Shown here in pieces: positions 12,746 through 28,070 of a stretch of 64,000 nt of DNA (position 1 is its first letter; the number at the start of each line of letters is the position of its first letter). The stretch is from the human T2T-CHM13v2.0 reference genome, Homo sapiens. The position numbers were made by a program, and so were the translations under genes. The stretch lies in NCBI RefSeq assembly GCF_009914755.1, contig NC_060945.1; one strand, 5' to 3'. The notes under the pieces are model-generated. The model saw only the letters and a list, made by a program, of their open reading frames with translations. It was not told where the DNA came from and did not search any database.

Positions 12746-13124
12746 CGTATTAGTGTGTTCTCACGCTGCTGTAAAGGACTGCCCAAGACTGGGTAATTTA
12801 CAAAGGAAAGAGGTTTAATTGACTCTCAGTTTCGCATGGCTGGGGAGGCCTCAGGAAACTTACAATCATGGCAGAAGGGGAAGCAAACACATTCTTCTTT
12901 ACTTGATGGCCGGAAGCAGAAGTGCCGAGCAAAAGCGGGGAAAGCCCTTTATAAAATCATCAGATCTCATAAGAGCTCATTCACTATCATGAGAAAAGAA
13001 AGCATGGAGGTAACCACTTCCATGATTCAATTACCTGCCACCGTGTCTCTCCCACAACATGTGGGGATTATGGGAACTACAATTCAAGATGAGATTTGGG
13101 TGGCGACACAACCAAACCGTATTA
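12746..13124 (-). mobile_element. THE1C-type MaLR solo LTR
   Basis: GACTGGGTAATTTACAAAGGAAAGAGGTTTAATTGACTC ... TTCAAGATGAGATTTGGGTGGCGACACAACCAAACC. Confidence 0.9.
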
Positions 13125-13275
13125 GCATGTTAGTTGTAAAAGTTCTACTCTCTGGAGCAGGGAATCTCCAGACTTTCCCCTCATGGCCTAATCTCTTTGT
13201 TACTCAATTGATATAATAGCAATCTATATCCCATAATGAGCAAAAGTTTATTAAGAGAGATGAGACAATAGAGAC

Positions 13276-13744
13276 TGTTTTAGTCTATTTCTGTTGCTGT
13301 AACAGAACACCTGAGACTGGGTAATTTATAAACAAAAGAGGTTTACTTGGCTCCCAGTTCTGGAGCCTGGGAAGTTCAACATTGGGCAGCTACCTCTGGC
13401 AAGGCCCTCATGCTACATTAAAGCATAGTGAATGGCATCACATGTGGAAACACCTGCAGGAGCAGCAAGCAAGTATGTGCAAAAGAGACAAAACACAAGT
13501 GATGGCCTCATTTTTTAACAACCTGCTCTTGCAGTTACTAATCTAGTCCCATGAGAACAAGAACTCATTTGCTTCTGTGAGAATTAACCCAGTCCTATGA
13601 GAATGGGACTAATATCTTCGTGAGGGTGGCAGAGTCTTCATGACCCAAACACCTCTTAAAGGTCCTACCACCTCTCAACACCATTATACTGGGAACTCAA
13701 TTTCCTATACATGAATTCTGAGGAACACATTTAAACCATTGTAG
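13276..13744 (-). mobile_element. MST-type MaLR solo LTR
   Basis: TGTTTTAGTCTATTTCTGTTGCTGTAACAGAACACCTGAGACTGGGTAATTTATAAA... Confidence 0.8.
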
Positions 13745-13814
13745 AGCCTGATAAAGTGATCTTCATTTCCAAATCAAAGATGATTTTCCTAGGTGTTCTT
13801 GTCCAGTATTTTTA

Positions 13815-13860
13815 TAGGTTGGTGCAAAAGTAACTGCAGTTTTAGCCGTTACTTTTAATG
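13815..13860. mobile_element. MADE1 (Hsmar1-derived MITE), one arm only
   Basis: TAGGTTGGTGCAAAAGTAACTGCAGTTTTAGCCGTTACTTTTAATG equals one TIR plus spacer of MADE1. Confidence 0.85.
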
Positions 13861-15637
13861 ATTTTGTGGGATCTTGACACTTGCTCATTAGCACTTAAAA
13901 AATTACCCCTGGATCCAGGTGAGTCATTGTCTCTGCCAAGAATCTCATTCAGCATTAGGCAAATGCCAAAATCAGATACATGTAAGAATCTCAGCTCCAT
14001 TGTGCTACTGCCACCCAGGACAGCTATCTAAAGATGCTGGCATGTTCAAAAAACACTGAATCAGTGATCTTCAAACTTTTTTATATTACATATCCTACTT
14101 CATTTCTTAAAAGAGGATATGTCCTGACGTGTGTTTTAATAAATTGTAATATGTATTTCTGTATCAACATATTAATCATAAAACATATAATACATAGAAT
14201 AAATATCAAATGAATGAGACAATGGAGAATTAATAATACACTAACGGGGCAGAAATGAAGTGGTTATAGCCCTATATTATAGTGTTCTATAAAGCCTCTA
14301 TAAGTAAAATAATGTGAGATTGGTACATGAATAGACAGACAAGCCAATGGAAGAGTATATAAAGTCCGGAAATTATGCCAACTTCATTTAGAAATCACGT
14401 GTATGTGTGTATGTGTGTGTAAAATGGTAGCATTTGAAACCATGGAGAATGCTTAATCAATATTGTTACAACTGGGAACCATTTGAGGGAAAAATGGATC
14501 AGAACCTGATATTCTCCATGAGAATTAATTTCAAATGGATCAGAGATCTAAATGTAAATAGGTAAATAAATAAATAAAACCATACCTCCCCCCGCCAAAA
14601 AAAAAAAAAAAAAAAAACAAAGTATGGATCTGTTCTTCTGTAAACTGGACTATAAATCAAATGAGTGTCTGCATGGAAAAAATAAAACACCCTAAACAAA
14701 TCCAAAGATAAATGACTAATTGGGAAAGGATATTTGTAAGTTACATCTCTGACAGAGTATTATCACTGATATAAAAGGAACCCCTAAAAATTAAAATACA
14801 AATATCAAAATTTTATAAATGGCACACAAAAAACCCAGAGTTCCCAGAAGAAAAATTTAAATGGTTCTTCAAATATGAAGCTTTTCTCAGTATAACTTAA
14901 AATGCAAATTAGATTGTCCCAAAGATAGCACTTCTTCCCTTAGCAAAATCACATAAACTCATCCACATACTCTGTTATTGAAGTTGTATGGAAATAGGCA
15001 TTCTACATACTGCTGATGGAGCTGTGAGATGATACAACTGCTATGGAGCAGCAATATGTAGAAAAATTCTACATCTAGCCTTTGACCCATCATATTCAGC
15101 AATATGTAGAAAAATTCTATATTTGCCCTTTGACCCATCAACCCCGTTACTGGGAACCTGTGTTAAAGCTGTAGTTGCAAAAACAGGACATGCTTTATGC
15201 ATGGTGTTATTTCTTTTTTATGCATTGTATTATTTATTTCACAACTATTATAAAAATGATTGAAAACAAATGCCCATTTATAGGGGATTGGCTAAATAAA
15301 TAACACAATGGTAGGCACTGTAGCGATATAAAGGAATGATGGTGATCTCTCTGTACTGTCATCTCCAAAATATAGTAAGTGAAAAAAGTAAGATGCAGAA
15401 CAATCTAGTGCAACATGCTACATTTTGTGTATGACAGAAACACTGGCAGGTTAAACTGTTAACTAATGAAACTATTAACAATAGGTAGAACAGGAATGGA
15501 ACAGACTTCTCTTACTATGTATAGCTTATTACATAGATTTCATTTTGAAATTTTAAATGTTTTATTTCAAAAGATAAAATTCACTAAAATAGCCTTCCCT
15601 AAAAATGGAAAACAAATGGAAATAAATGAACTTACTG

Positions 15638-15947
15638 AGCTGGGCATGGTGGTTTACACTTGTAATCCCCATACTTTGGGAGGCCCAGGCAGGAAGATTG
15701 CTTAAGACCAGGAGTTCAAGACCAGCCTAGGCCATATAGGAAGGCCACGCCTCTACAAAAAAGAAAAATAAATAAAAATTAGCTGGGCATGGTGGCATGC
15801 CTGTAGTCTCAGCTACTCACGAGGCTGAGGTGGGAGGTTTGCTTGGTCCTGGGAGATCGAGGCTGTGGTGAGCTGTGATTGTGCTACTGCACTCTAGCGT
15901 GGGTGACAGAGAAAGATGCTGTCTCTAAAAGAAAAAAAAAGAAATAA
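15638..15947 (+). mobile_element. AluJ
   Basis: Divergent dimer; TSD AAATGAACTTACTG / AAATGAACCTACTG. Confidence 0.93.
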
Positions 15948-16934
15948 GGAAATGAACCTACTGTATATCAAATTAGTGATATAACCACATAAAGGAAATA
16001 ATTATTTCAATCTGAACCTAAAAACATAATATTCCACCAAACAGTAGAATATATCTTAAGGACAAAAATAGCTACAAATATGTTTTAAACTTTAGTACTT
16101 TAAAATAATGATTTTGTTATTTTGACACTATGTTATATTATAGGAAATACAAATCAGTAATTATACTAATGTAAATAGAAATTAAGATTTTTAGTGTAGA
16201 AAAAAGAGATATATGTATAAAGTTTTTAAAAATTAAGTACAGGTCCTATAATGTTCTATCTGATTTGGAAATGTTCTATTTGAATTGAGTTTGAACTCAC
16301 AATGCTTTCCTCTTTTCAAAGCTGCTTTTCCTATCTGTCTACTAAAAAGGCCCAGAAGACATCACAGCCTGTATCAATCAGCTTTGAAGAAGTAACAGAT
16401 AACCTTAAAAACCTCAGTAGTTTGCCACCATATGCATTATATATTTGGCTTGTATTCCATTTTGGTGGCTCCAGATCAGCTGCTGAGTCTTTTCTCTACA
16501 ATCTTCTTTTTCCAGGACTCAAGCTGAAGCAATTGACCCTGTTTGGAACAGACTGTCCTTGTGGCCTAGGGAAAAGCAAAGGACAAAGCTTAGCTCTGTC
16601 CTTAACAGCTCTAAAAGCTTCTACTTAACATGATATGTGCCCATTGGTCAAAGCACATCACGTGGCCAAACGTGGAACTGGGATGGAGAATTGTGTTCTG
16701 CCTGCTGGGAGGCCCTAGAAATCATACAATAATAAATGAGAAGGGAGTTAGGAGTTGAGGATAATAATATAAACTATTCTACAACCCCTTGAAAATGAGC
16801 ATACTTAGCATATAGACTATAATCCCTAAATACCATTCCACACTAACAATGACTAGGAAACTTTGGAGGGACACCTGACTCCAGTTTTAAGGTTAGGCAA
16901 TTTAAGATGAGCCTGGGACGGTTTGTTGCCCTGG

Positions 16935-17318
16935 TGTATTAGTCTGTTTTCACACTGCTATAAGGAACTGCCAGAAACTGGGTAATTTATGAAGAAAAGA
17001 GGTTTAATTGACTCACAGTTCAGTGTGGCTGGGGAGGCCTCAGAAAACTTAAAATCATGGTAGAAGGCAAAGGGGAAGCAAGGCACCTTCTTCACAAAGT
17101 GGTGGCAAGAAGGACAATGCCAAGTGAAGGGGGAAGAGCTCTTTATAAAACCATCAGATCTTGTGAGAACTCACTATCATGAGAACAGCATGAGAGAAAC
17201 TGCCACCATGATTGTTACCTCTATCTCGTCTCTCCCTTTACACGTGGGGATGATGGGGATTATGGGGATTACAATTCAAGATGAGATTTGGGTAGGGACA
17301 CAAAGCCTAACCATATCA
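16935..17318 (-). mobile_element. THE1D MaLR solo LTR
   Basis: TGTATTAGTCTG...GGGACACAAAGCCTAACCATATCA (THE1D-type terminus). Confidence 0.9.
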
Positions 17319-17900
17319 CTTAGAAAGCAAGGTAGCTATCAAAGACTAATGAGATTGTGCCCAAAGGACAAAGGAATTAACCTAAAAAGTCTTTCTTTAG
17401 CCAAACTGGAGGCAAGATGAGAGTCAAAAGAGAAAACATATACTGAATGCAATTGATTTAAATGTGTTGAATTTATTTCAAAATGCATTAATTATAAAGA
17501 TACAAAAAAGAAAATCAATAAAATGTTTAAAAGTCATCACACTTTGGTCACCATTAGAATTAACTAGGTCCGTTACTCCTTACCCTGATATTTGGCAATC
17601 AAAATAAATACTTATCTTTATTCTGCTTTCTTTTAGGCATGTATGTGTAACCACATAGCCTTAACTTAGAAGGAAAAGTTCTTCTTTATAGAATTCAAGC
17701 TAATGAATGTCAAAGAAAATAGATAATGAAAAAATAATAGAATCTAATCATCATTTGCAGCATGTAATTGACTTAGGGTATGATTATTAATGGCTAAAAT
17801 CATTAGACAAAATGTTGATTGGAGCTTTACAATGGAAGGATCAGTCTGTTATCACCTGAAACACTGATTAATCTTAGCATCATTGAAAGTAGGACAACCA

Positions 17901-18327
<427 letters not shown>

Positions 18328-18977
18328 TTAAATGACACCACAAGGTAGCACGTGCATGAACTCAGAAAGTGGGTTTTTCTGCAGAATAACTGACCAGGTT
18401 TCTGCAACAAGTCAGTGGCATGAAAGGTAAAAACAAAGGGGGAGAGAGGAAAGAGCAGGTCGGTGCTAGATGAAACACATGCATCTAAAGGCCTAAGAAG
18501 CAAATGTGATGCTGACATGTAGTGTGTATCCAGATTCAAATAAGACATCAGGGAAATGTGGCTAGATATTAAATTATAACAAGGAATTATTTTTGTTAGT
18601 TGTTCAAATGGTGTTATAGTTATATGTCTTTAATCTTTAGTGGTGCTTGCTAAAGTAATAAAGACAATTATTTGATATATATGATTTGCTTTAATATTCT
18701 TCAATAAAGTAAATGTAGTAAACATGATAAAATCTTTATAACTTTAATCTGGATGATGACTATATGGTGTTTATTGTTTATTGTCTCTATTTTTGTATAT
18801 ATTTGAAAATTTTCTTAATAAAAAACTATTTAAATCCATAAAATAGAAAAAAGATAGTAACATGATAAATATACTGAAATTCTATTTTTTTTTTTTTTTT
18901 TTTTTGTCCTTGAAGCCCTCTGGTCTTTTTTGTATGCTCCACTTTTCACCCTATAGGTTTAAAGAGAAAATAAATAG

Positions 18978-19347
<370 letters not shown>

Positions 19348-20635
19348 TAAATCCTGTGCCTTAACCAGGGTAGTCAGTATAAGAAATGCAAATTATGTTT
19401 GAATAGTCCCTTTTAAAAAGCTATTTATTTAGTCTATTTCCCACTAATAGTTTTTTTTTTTTAATGCCTTTTAAAAAAAGAGAAAAGAAAACCAATTCAA
19501 CCCTGTCATCAGCTAGAACTGCAAGATCCTGGGTTATACAGCAAAGTCTGTTAGTAAATCCACTGCATAGGAGCTACATTTTTTTTTTAATGATGTAGCG
19601 TGGACCTTTCAGTGAATTTCTTTTGAAAGGGACTTTAATATTTTATTCCCTAAAATGTTAAAATACTCATCAGATGAATGCATGCCACATTCATAGACTG
19701 ATGGCAAGAAAAAGTGAATATAAAAAAAGAGTTGATTAAATTCCTAAAAATTTAAAATGTTTGTCTTGCATTTGTTTAGTGGAGACTGGTTCCATCAAGG
19801 TCCTCTTGTCCACCCCCAGGCTCCTTCTAAACAAGTAAAGAGAATACCTGCAGATATCTTACATTTGACACATCAACTCAAGCACATTTCAAAATTGGCC
19901 GTAGTTTCTAAAATATTCATTTAATGTTAAAGTTCTTGTCATTAATAACTTAGTATCAAGCTTCCTGTGAGTTCTTCATATGATTTAATTTCTCATAGTT
20001 CCTTTAGCCTTGAAGACCCCAAATCTATAAGGATTCTCTAGAGAAGATGCCGGTTATGGGAAAAGAATGGAAGAAGTAGAGGCATTTAGCAGCCACAATA
20101 GAATAGCCTGGGGCCTGTGTCAGCAGCATATGCACACTGTCATTGTAGCCATTTGTGTCAGAAGCTATTTCTGTGCTGGACAACACTTTCTCCAAATACA
20201 CTATGAATTTATGAGCAAGGGAATGTAGATGTTAATGGAGGAAGAAGTTTCACTTCACCTCCCACTCCTTTGCGTCTTAATTTTAGAGTGGAAGCAAGAT
20301 TGCATCACAGCCCTCCATGGGATATATATTCAGAGTCCTAATAATTTGAACAATCACATATTATTTGCTTGTACAATTATATATATGTTCAACTATTTAT
20401 ATTTGGCCACAAGTTACCAAAATTTGCTGAGTAATGATGAGACCAATCAAGACCAGCCTTTTTCATTATGTGGGCTAGAATGTTTAAGGAGATTTATTTC
20501 TAATTATTAGAAAATGAAAGGACAAAACATTTTGGGAGTGGGCTATTGCAACACTTCTTTTATAGAGCAGTTATCCCACTTATATGAATATTGAATACAA
20601 ATGTTTCTTTTCAGAGAACAATGGACTTAGATCTA

Positions 20636-20850
20636 TTTTTTTTTTCTTTTTTGGGATGGGATCTCTCTCTGTCACCCAGGCTAGCGTGCAGTGGTGCAAT
20701 AATAGCCTGTGCTAATTTATTTATTTTTTTGTAGAGATGAGTTCTCACTATGTTGTCCAGGTTGGTCTTGAACTCCTGGGCTCAAGTGATGCTTCTGCCT
20801 CCAACTCCCAAAGTGCTGGGATTACAGGCGTAAGCCACTGCAACCAACCT
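20636..20850 (-). mobile_element. AluJ with internal deletion
   Basis: Right arm jumps from GTGGTGCAATAATAGC to GCTAATTT. Confidence 0.85.
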
Positions 20851-21399
20851 GACTTTCATCTTTTACCTAAAAGAGTATTAGTCACATCTTCTCTTACAAG
20901 GTGACTCATGGCAGGTTCAAAAGGACAGGGTTGGTGGACAGAATCACCTTCACTTTTTAAACTCATTAATTTTATGAATTATATTTGTAATATGTATTTG
21001 CCAGTGGTACATTATTGAATTCATAAGTTAAATATCCATGTGAAATGTCTCTACTAGATGTTCAAAGGACCTCCTTATATCTAACCACAAACGTCAAATT
21101 TTGTTCACAAAGAAGCAAAAAGTATAATATAAATAAAATGGAACTAGAGTTCCAATGGGCTAGATTGAGTCAGTTCTGCCCTTAGTAATCATATGGTTTT
21201 AGAAAAGCTACCTTATTGTATGAGTCTTTTTTCCCTCATTTGTTAAATGAAAGGGTTTGATTTAATGATTATTTGTATTGTTTATAATTGAACATTTTAT
21301 GTTTTTAAATGGGAAAATGTACCATATTTTAGCCTGTTATAATAAAATTATGTTATATGTAGCTAAGAACATGTTTTAAAATTCTAAACTGCCTCCTTT

Positions 21400-22200
21400 A
21401 GAATTCTCATTGGTTAGAACAGAGCCTGTTTTGGAAGGAAGCAAGAAAATAGGCTCCAAAAATGCTGGATATTCATAAAGTTGACTGTATAGCATGTTAT
21501 AAACTTTTTGTTTGATGCAGTAGGCAACAGGAAGTTGTTGAAGGTTTTGAAGAGTGGAATAATATATCAAAAAATAATATTGGAGATAAACAATAATTTT
21601 GCCCCTTACATATAGACTAGACTTGGGAAGAAAGGGTAACTGTAAGGCAGGCCTTAGGTAATGAGATCCAGGATTAAACTGGAGGCTGTCAAAATCGTTT
21701 AGGAAAAGTAGAATCCAGAAGACATTGAAAATAGAAATTGATAAAATGCAGTGATTGATTAAATATAGGGGACATCAAAGAAATCAAAACAGTAACTCCA
21801 AGGTTGTAAACTTGTAGAACCAGAGAAATCATGGTATTTAATTGAGAAGGAATTATTTATATATATATATTTCAGGAAGCAATAAAATAGCCAACTAAAT
21901 GTGTCTCTAAAGACCATTGGAGAGTGGATGATCATGATCTGTACCTATCCCCTGTATTTAAGTGGTAAAATGGAAAGAGAAATGTATAACCACTCTGGGA
22001 AAAACATGGAGAAGATTAGTAGGAGGCAAAAAACTGAACTCTGGAAAACATACTTGTGAAAGAATATAAAAGAGCAGAGACAATGACAAAACAAGTGCCC
22101 AGAGTAATAATGGACAACCAACAGAACCAGTGTCATGGAAGCTGGGGAGGAATTTTGCAATGTCAATTGTTATCTAGAGGTCAGGAAGAATGAAGGGAAA
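21400..22200 (-). mobile_element. L2 remnants
   Basis: GCAGTAGGCAACAGGAAGTTGTTGAAGGTTTTGAA, AGAGGTCAGGAAGAATGAAGG-type motifs; boundaries approximate. Confidence 0.55.
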
Positions 22201-23456
22201 AGATCAGGGTGAATTGTTGGGTAACCTGAGGGGATTAAAAAGTAAAGAAAAAACAAAATTAGCATTTGAATGGAACTTTACAATTGACAAAACACTTTCA
22301 GAGGAATTATTTTACTTAATTCTCATGTTAACATTACTGTGAGACCCACAGGACTATTTTTATTCACAGTGTCATAAATGAGAAACACGGGAGCTTAGAG
22401 TACTTTTAGGACTTATTCCAAGGCAGGACTTAGAGTTACTTACTCAAAATCCCACATTCTTTGCTATCTGGAAGACAAGGATAAAAAGAACATGCTGGAA
22501 AGTACCAACCAATAGTATATTTTCAGTGTCCCTGTCTCTCACCACATATAAATGCCTTCCATATTCACAACTCAAATCAAATTCAAAGCAATATTAACCT
22601 GAAGGGTAAGCCATAAGCCTGTAATAAATATTTCATGTTCTGAAAATATTATTTAACTAAATGGGAGAAATATCCAAAAATGAACACATTCCATATTGGA
22701 AGGGGTTTATTATCCAATTTAGTCATCCTAACAACATCACAGCAGATCATTTAAAATGAAAATAGAAAACATCCTCATAATTTTCTAGCCTTTTTTTTTT
22801 TTTGCTGTAAGTTCATATTAAAAGAATAACATTAATATTGTCTTAAGCAAAGATAAGTATTATTATACGTCATGCATTTCCTAAATTTCAATTATGTGTT
22901 ATTTTTAAAATTGCTATGTGTGTCTGATGATAGGACACAAGGCTGTGTTTTTCCTTCCTTTTAAAATAAATAAATAACTCTTTTAGCTGATTTCTTTGGT
23001 GCCATTTTGTAATTTCTTTTGTCTTTCACTACTTCCCAACTTTAGTTTCCATAGGAACAGGATCAATCGGAAAGCATTTGGGATTCTTTCAAAATGTTGA
23101 GTCCAAGATTTCTAATTAGGGTTCAGGCACTTATAGTTTAATTAATATGAGACTTTTTCTGTGTTTTATTTTTGAAGGTGGAAAAAACTGGGTTATGATT
23201 TCATAATATGTTTGCCTTTTCAAAGATTTTTATTAGAGATTTGGATCAAAGAGCTTTAAGATCATTTAAAAATGTGTTAATACATGCCTGAAAAAATTAA
23301 ATATATTATGCATACTATTCTTGACAGATAAGAAGACTTAAAACAATAATTATCCCAGTTAAATGCATCAAAATTAGTTGAATTATCCTTAGCTGAAAAT
23401 TGATTCTTTGAAATATAACATAAACCTAGTGTCTTCTCCTATACCTCTTTTATAGT

Positions 23457-23755
23457 TTGTTGTTGTTGTTTTTCTGAGATGGAATCTCACTCTGTCACCC
23501 AGAGTGCAGTGGTGCGGATCTCGGCTCACTGCAACCTCTGCGTCCTGGGTTCAAGCAACTCTCCTGCCTCAGCCTTCTGAGTAGCTGGGACTACAGGCCA
23601 CCCCCGACCATGCTCAGCTAATTTTTTTGTATTTTTAGTAGAGACGGGGTTTCACTATGTTGGCCAGGCTGGTCTCAAACTCCTGACCTCAAGTGATCCG
23701 CCCACCTCAGCCTCCCAAAGCCTGGGATTACAGGCCTGAGCCACTGCACCCAGCC
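23457..23755 (-). mobile_element. AluS
   Basis: Flanked by CCTCTTTTATAGTTT / CCTCTTATAGTTTT. Confidence 0.95.
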
Positions 23756-24168
23756 CCTCTTATAGTTTTATTGTGAGAACAAGTATGGTCAATGGAAAAT
23801 AATGTAGATGATAGATTTTACTTTTAAAAAATTACCATTATGGTCACATTACGTTAGCTGTATAAGACAAAAACATCCTCAGTTTATAAAAAAAGCATTC
23901 AACTTTCTATTAACAGAGAGTGTGCTCAAGGAATTAAATCAGGAATTATCAACAGGAAGGGGATTACTTCCCCCAGGGGGTACTGTGAAATTTTATGGGA
24001 CCTATTCCATTGTCACAATGATGAGTGGTTGCTATATATTTGCTGAGCAGGGACCAGGCCTCTTAAACAGCTTGCTGTGTGCCAGACAGTCCTGCAAAAT
24101 AAAGAATTTTCCTGAGTCCCTCATTTTTCATAACTCTCCAAAGTCCTGCTGCATGTTCATATAAGTGA

Positions 24169-24625
<457 letters not shown>

Positions 24626-24705
24626 AATAACCCTATTCTTATATTCCTGTACTATTTGGAATGGTTTCTGATTTTACTTAAATCCCATTTAACATTATAA
24701 GTGTA

Positions 24706-25021
24706 CACCAGGCATGGTGGCTAATGCCTGTAATACCAGCACTTTGGGAGGTGGAGACAGAGGATCTCTTGAGGCCAAGAGTTTGAGACTAGCTGGACTG
24801 GGCAACATGGCAAGATTCCATCTCTATGAGAGTAAACATTTAAGAAAATTTGCTAGGCATGGTGGTGCATGCCTATAGTCCTAGCTACTTGGAAGGCTGA
24901 AGCAGGAGGATCCCTTGAGCCCAGAGGTTCAGTGTTACAGTGAGCTATAATCATGCCACCGCACACCAGCCTGGGTGACAGAGCAAGACATTATCTCTAA
25001 AAAAAGAAAAATAAATAAAAA
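24706..25021 (+). mobile_element. AluJ
   Basis: Dimer; TSD ATAAGTGTA. Confidence 0.92.
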
Positions 25022-25674
25022 TAAGTGTAGACTTCATTGTGTCTTCTAGTGTACTCACGTATAAGCATTTATGAATTAAAATATGTATTTTTTTTATTTC
25101 TCTTTAACATTAAAGGGACATTACATTATTTCCCAAATTTTACATATATATAAATTTTATGTATATAAATTATATGTTTGTATATGTAATGTTTATTATC
25201 TATAAATTTCATTTCAGGATAATAAAGGAGGCATCAAAATTTATTATAAAATGAGGGTCTGATAGTGTTAAGAACCAATAAATTAAAATAAATGAATGCA
25301 AATTACATGTATTTCATCACTGCACTAAATTCTTAGGTTTGTGGTGGTTGAAAACAAAATTATATACTCTATTTTTAGGGAAACAGTTTTTCCCTTTCCA
25401 AGATTCATTTTTAGCTAACATGAGCAAAAAATTTAAATGGGAGAAAAATGTTAAAAAATAATTGCAGAACATGCTGCAGAATAACCGTGGATATGTATAG
25501 ATGTGGGTGTGTTTCATTAAAATCTATTTAAGTATTTTTTTTCCTTTATATGTAGTTAAGGTAAGGATAGTTTTTGAGTTATTCGGTGTCAAAATTACTT
25601 TTGGATTTTTGTGCAAACAGGCTATAAACCTGTAACATTATCAAAAATGTCAACATATAGATAAAACTTAATAC

Positions 25675-26155
25675 TTTTTTTTATTTTATTTATATATTTT
25701 GAGAAGATGTCTCACTCCTGTCACCCCAGCTGGAGTGCAGTGATACAATAAAATTCACTGCAGCCTCAACCTCCTTGGCTCAAGCCATCCCTCCCACCTC
25801 AGCCTCCCGAGTAGCTGAGACTATAGGCTCATGCCACCATGCCTGGCTAGTTTTTGTTTTTGTTGTGTAGAGACAGGGTCTTGCTATGTTGCCCAAGCCA
25901 CTCTTGAAGCCCTGGGCTCAAACAGTCCTCCAGCCTCAGCCTCCCAGAGTGCTAGGATTACAGGCGTGAGCCACTGTGACCGGCCTTATTTTTATATTTT
26001 ATTTTTTTGAGACATGGTCCCACTCTGTCACCCAGGCTAGAGTGCAGTGACGTGATCATAGCTCACTGTAGCCTCAACCTCCTGGGCTTAAGTGATCCTC
26101 CTGTCTCAGCCTCTTGAGTATCTGGGATAGGAGGTGTGAGCCACCGCACCTGGCT
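25675..26155 (-). mobile_element. AluJ (25675-25985) plus adjacent monomer/FLAM-like Alu (25986-26155)
   Basis: Two reversed Alu units in tandem. Confidence 0.9.
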
Positions 26156-26955
26156 ATACTTAGTTTTTAATTTAACTGGTATTGTCTGTTGGTCTCATAG
26201 CCTAAGTATTGCAATACATTAAACAATAGACAGTTAATACTATATTTAAGTATATTTTATATTATATGTAAATATAGCTTATACTATTCTTAAAATACAG
26301 TACAAGAAGTTTATACATTTGATTTGAAGACAAAATATGTCCACTTTTGTTTATAACAGACATTTAATTACTTCCTATTGTGGGTTAAGTATGATGTAGA
26401 CACAATCTTGTATCAAATAGTTCCAACATCATGCTCCTAACACTATCCAATGGGAGGATCAGACATGTAAAACATCCTAATTTTTTAAAAGTCTTATAAA
26501 AAGTACTATGTCAGATAGAGAAGGTTTGACTCTGTATGGGAGGACAGAAGGGGCCAGCGAAAGCTTTACTTTTCTTGACAGTTAAGTCAGGTGTTAAATA
26601 ACATAGAAGTTCATCATTCGGCAGGGGAGTGTTGGAGAGAGGGGATTCCAGGCAGAGGGCTTGGAGAATGCAGAGAGCCAGAGTGTCTGGGAACTCCACC
26701 ATGGGTGCCTTGAACATAGGGTTTGTAAGGGGCAGTAGTCAAAGGAAGGCTGGAAAGATGGGAGCCTGTTCCGAAAGGCCATTTGAAGGAACCTGGAATT
26801 CATCTTGAAGGTAACAGGAGGCCTCTGAAGGAAGCTAAATATCAGATAGTATTTTAAGGCTCTAACCCATGTAAGAGTAAGGAGGATGAACTGCAAACTT
26901 GTCCACATCTATATTCATCCTTGTCAATTTCCCTCCTGAATCAAAGGAAGAGGGT

Positions 26956-27391
26956 TGCTATGGTTTGAATATTTGTTCCCTTCAAGACTCATGTTGAAAC
27001 ATAATCCCTAATGTAGCAGTATTAAGAGGTAGGGCCTTTAAGAAGTGATCGATTCATGAGGACTCTGCCTTCATGAATGGATTAACCCATTCATAGATTA
27101 ACAATTTAAGGAATTAATGAGTTATCATAGGAGCGGGACTGGTGGCTTTATAAGGAAAGGAAGAGAGAACTGAGCTAGCACTCTTGCACACTGAGCCCGC
27201 TCACCCTGTGATGCCCTGTACCACCTAGGGACTCTTCAGAGAGTCCCCACCAGCAAGAAGACCCTCATCAGATGTGACCCCTCTACCTTGGACTTCTCAG
27301 CCTTCATAACTGTAAGAAATAAATTCCTTTTCTTTATAAATTACCCCATTTCAGGTATTCCATTATCAGCAACAGAAAACAGATGAAGATA
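26956..27391 (+). mobile_element. MSTB2/MSTC-type MaLR solo LTR, sense to JAM2
   Basis: TGCTATGGTTTGAATATTTG...AGAAATAAATTCC...CAACAGAAAACAGATGAAGATA; TSD AGGGT/AGGGG. Confidence 0.88.
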
Positions 27392-27751
27392 AGGGGTCTC
27401 TCCTACCCAAAGCTAATTTCACACCTGTGTGCATGATCCTATTTTTCCAGTCTCTTGTATTCTTTGTTGCAGCAATTAATCTCCTCTCTCTGTCATGTAT
27501 CTTCAACTTATCTTCATTACTAGTTCTCTTACCACAGGCTATAAATATGCTCAAATCTCTACAACTTAATGTAGGAAAGAACCCCACTATGATTCTCCAA
27601 GGAAACTTCTTGAAACAGTGACATATATTTATTATGTCAATTTTCTTACTGACCATTCAGCTCACTGCACATTGCCTGTTTCCCATGCCATTGAAATTAC
27701 TATCATTGTATCGCCAATAATTTACTAGTTCCTAAGTCCATGGCTTGCTTT

Positions 27752-28070
27752 ATTTATTTATTTTTTATTTTACTTATTTATTTTTTTTTTGAGACAGAGT
27801 CTTTCTCTGTTTCCCAGGCGGGAGTGCAGTGGCGTGATCTCGGCTCACCACAACCTCCACTTCCTGATTTCAAGTGATTGTCCTGCCTCAGCCTCCCGAG
27901 TAGCTGGGGCTATAGGCGCACGCCATCATGCCCAGCTAATTTTTGTATTTTTTGTAGAGATGGGGTTTCACTGTGTTGGCCAGGCTGGTCTCGACCTCCT
28001 GGCCTTGTGATCTGCCCACCTCGGCCTCCCAAAGTGCTGGGATTACAGGCGTCAGCCACTGCGCCCAGCC
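27752..28070 (-). mobile_element. AluS
   Basis: Perfect TSD CATGGCTTGCTTT. Confidence 0.95.

Noticed and set aside
22580-22680. Faint resemblance to RNGTT NIKLLDLKPY and VFHV segments
   Set aside because: Very short matches in AT-rich DNA with incompatible spacing; chance is more likely without a profile search
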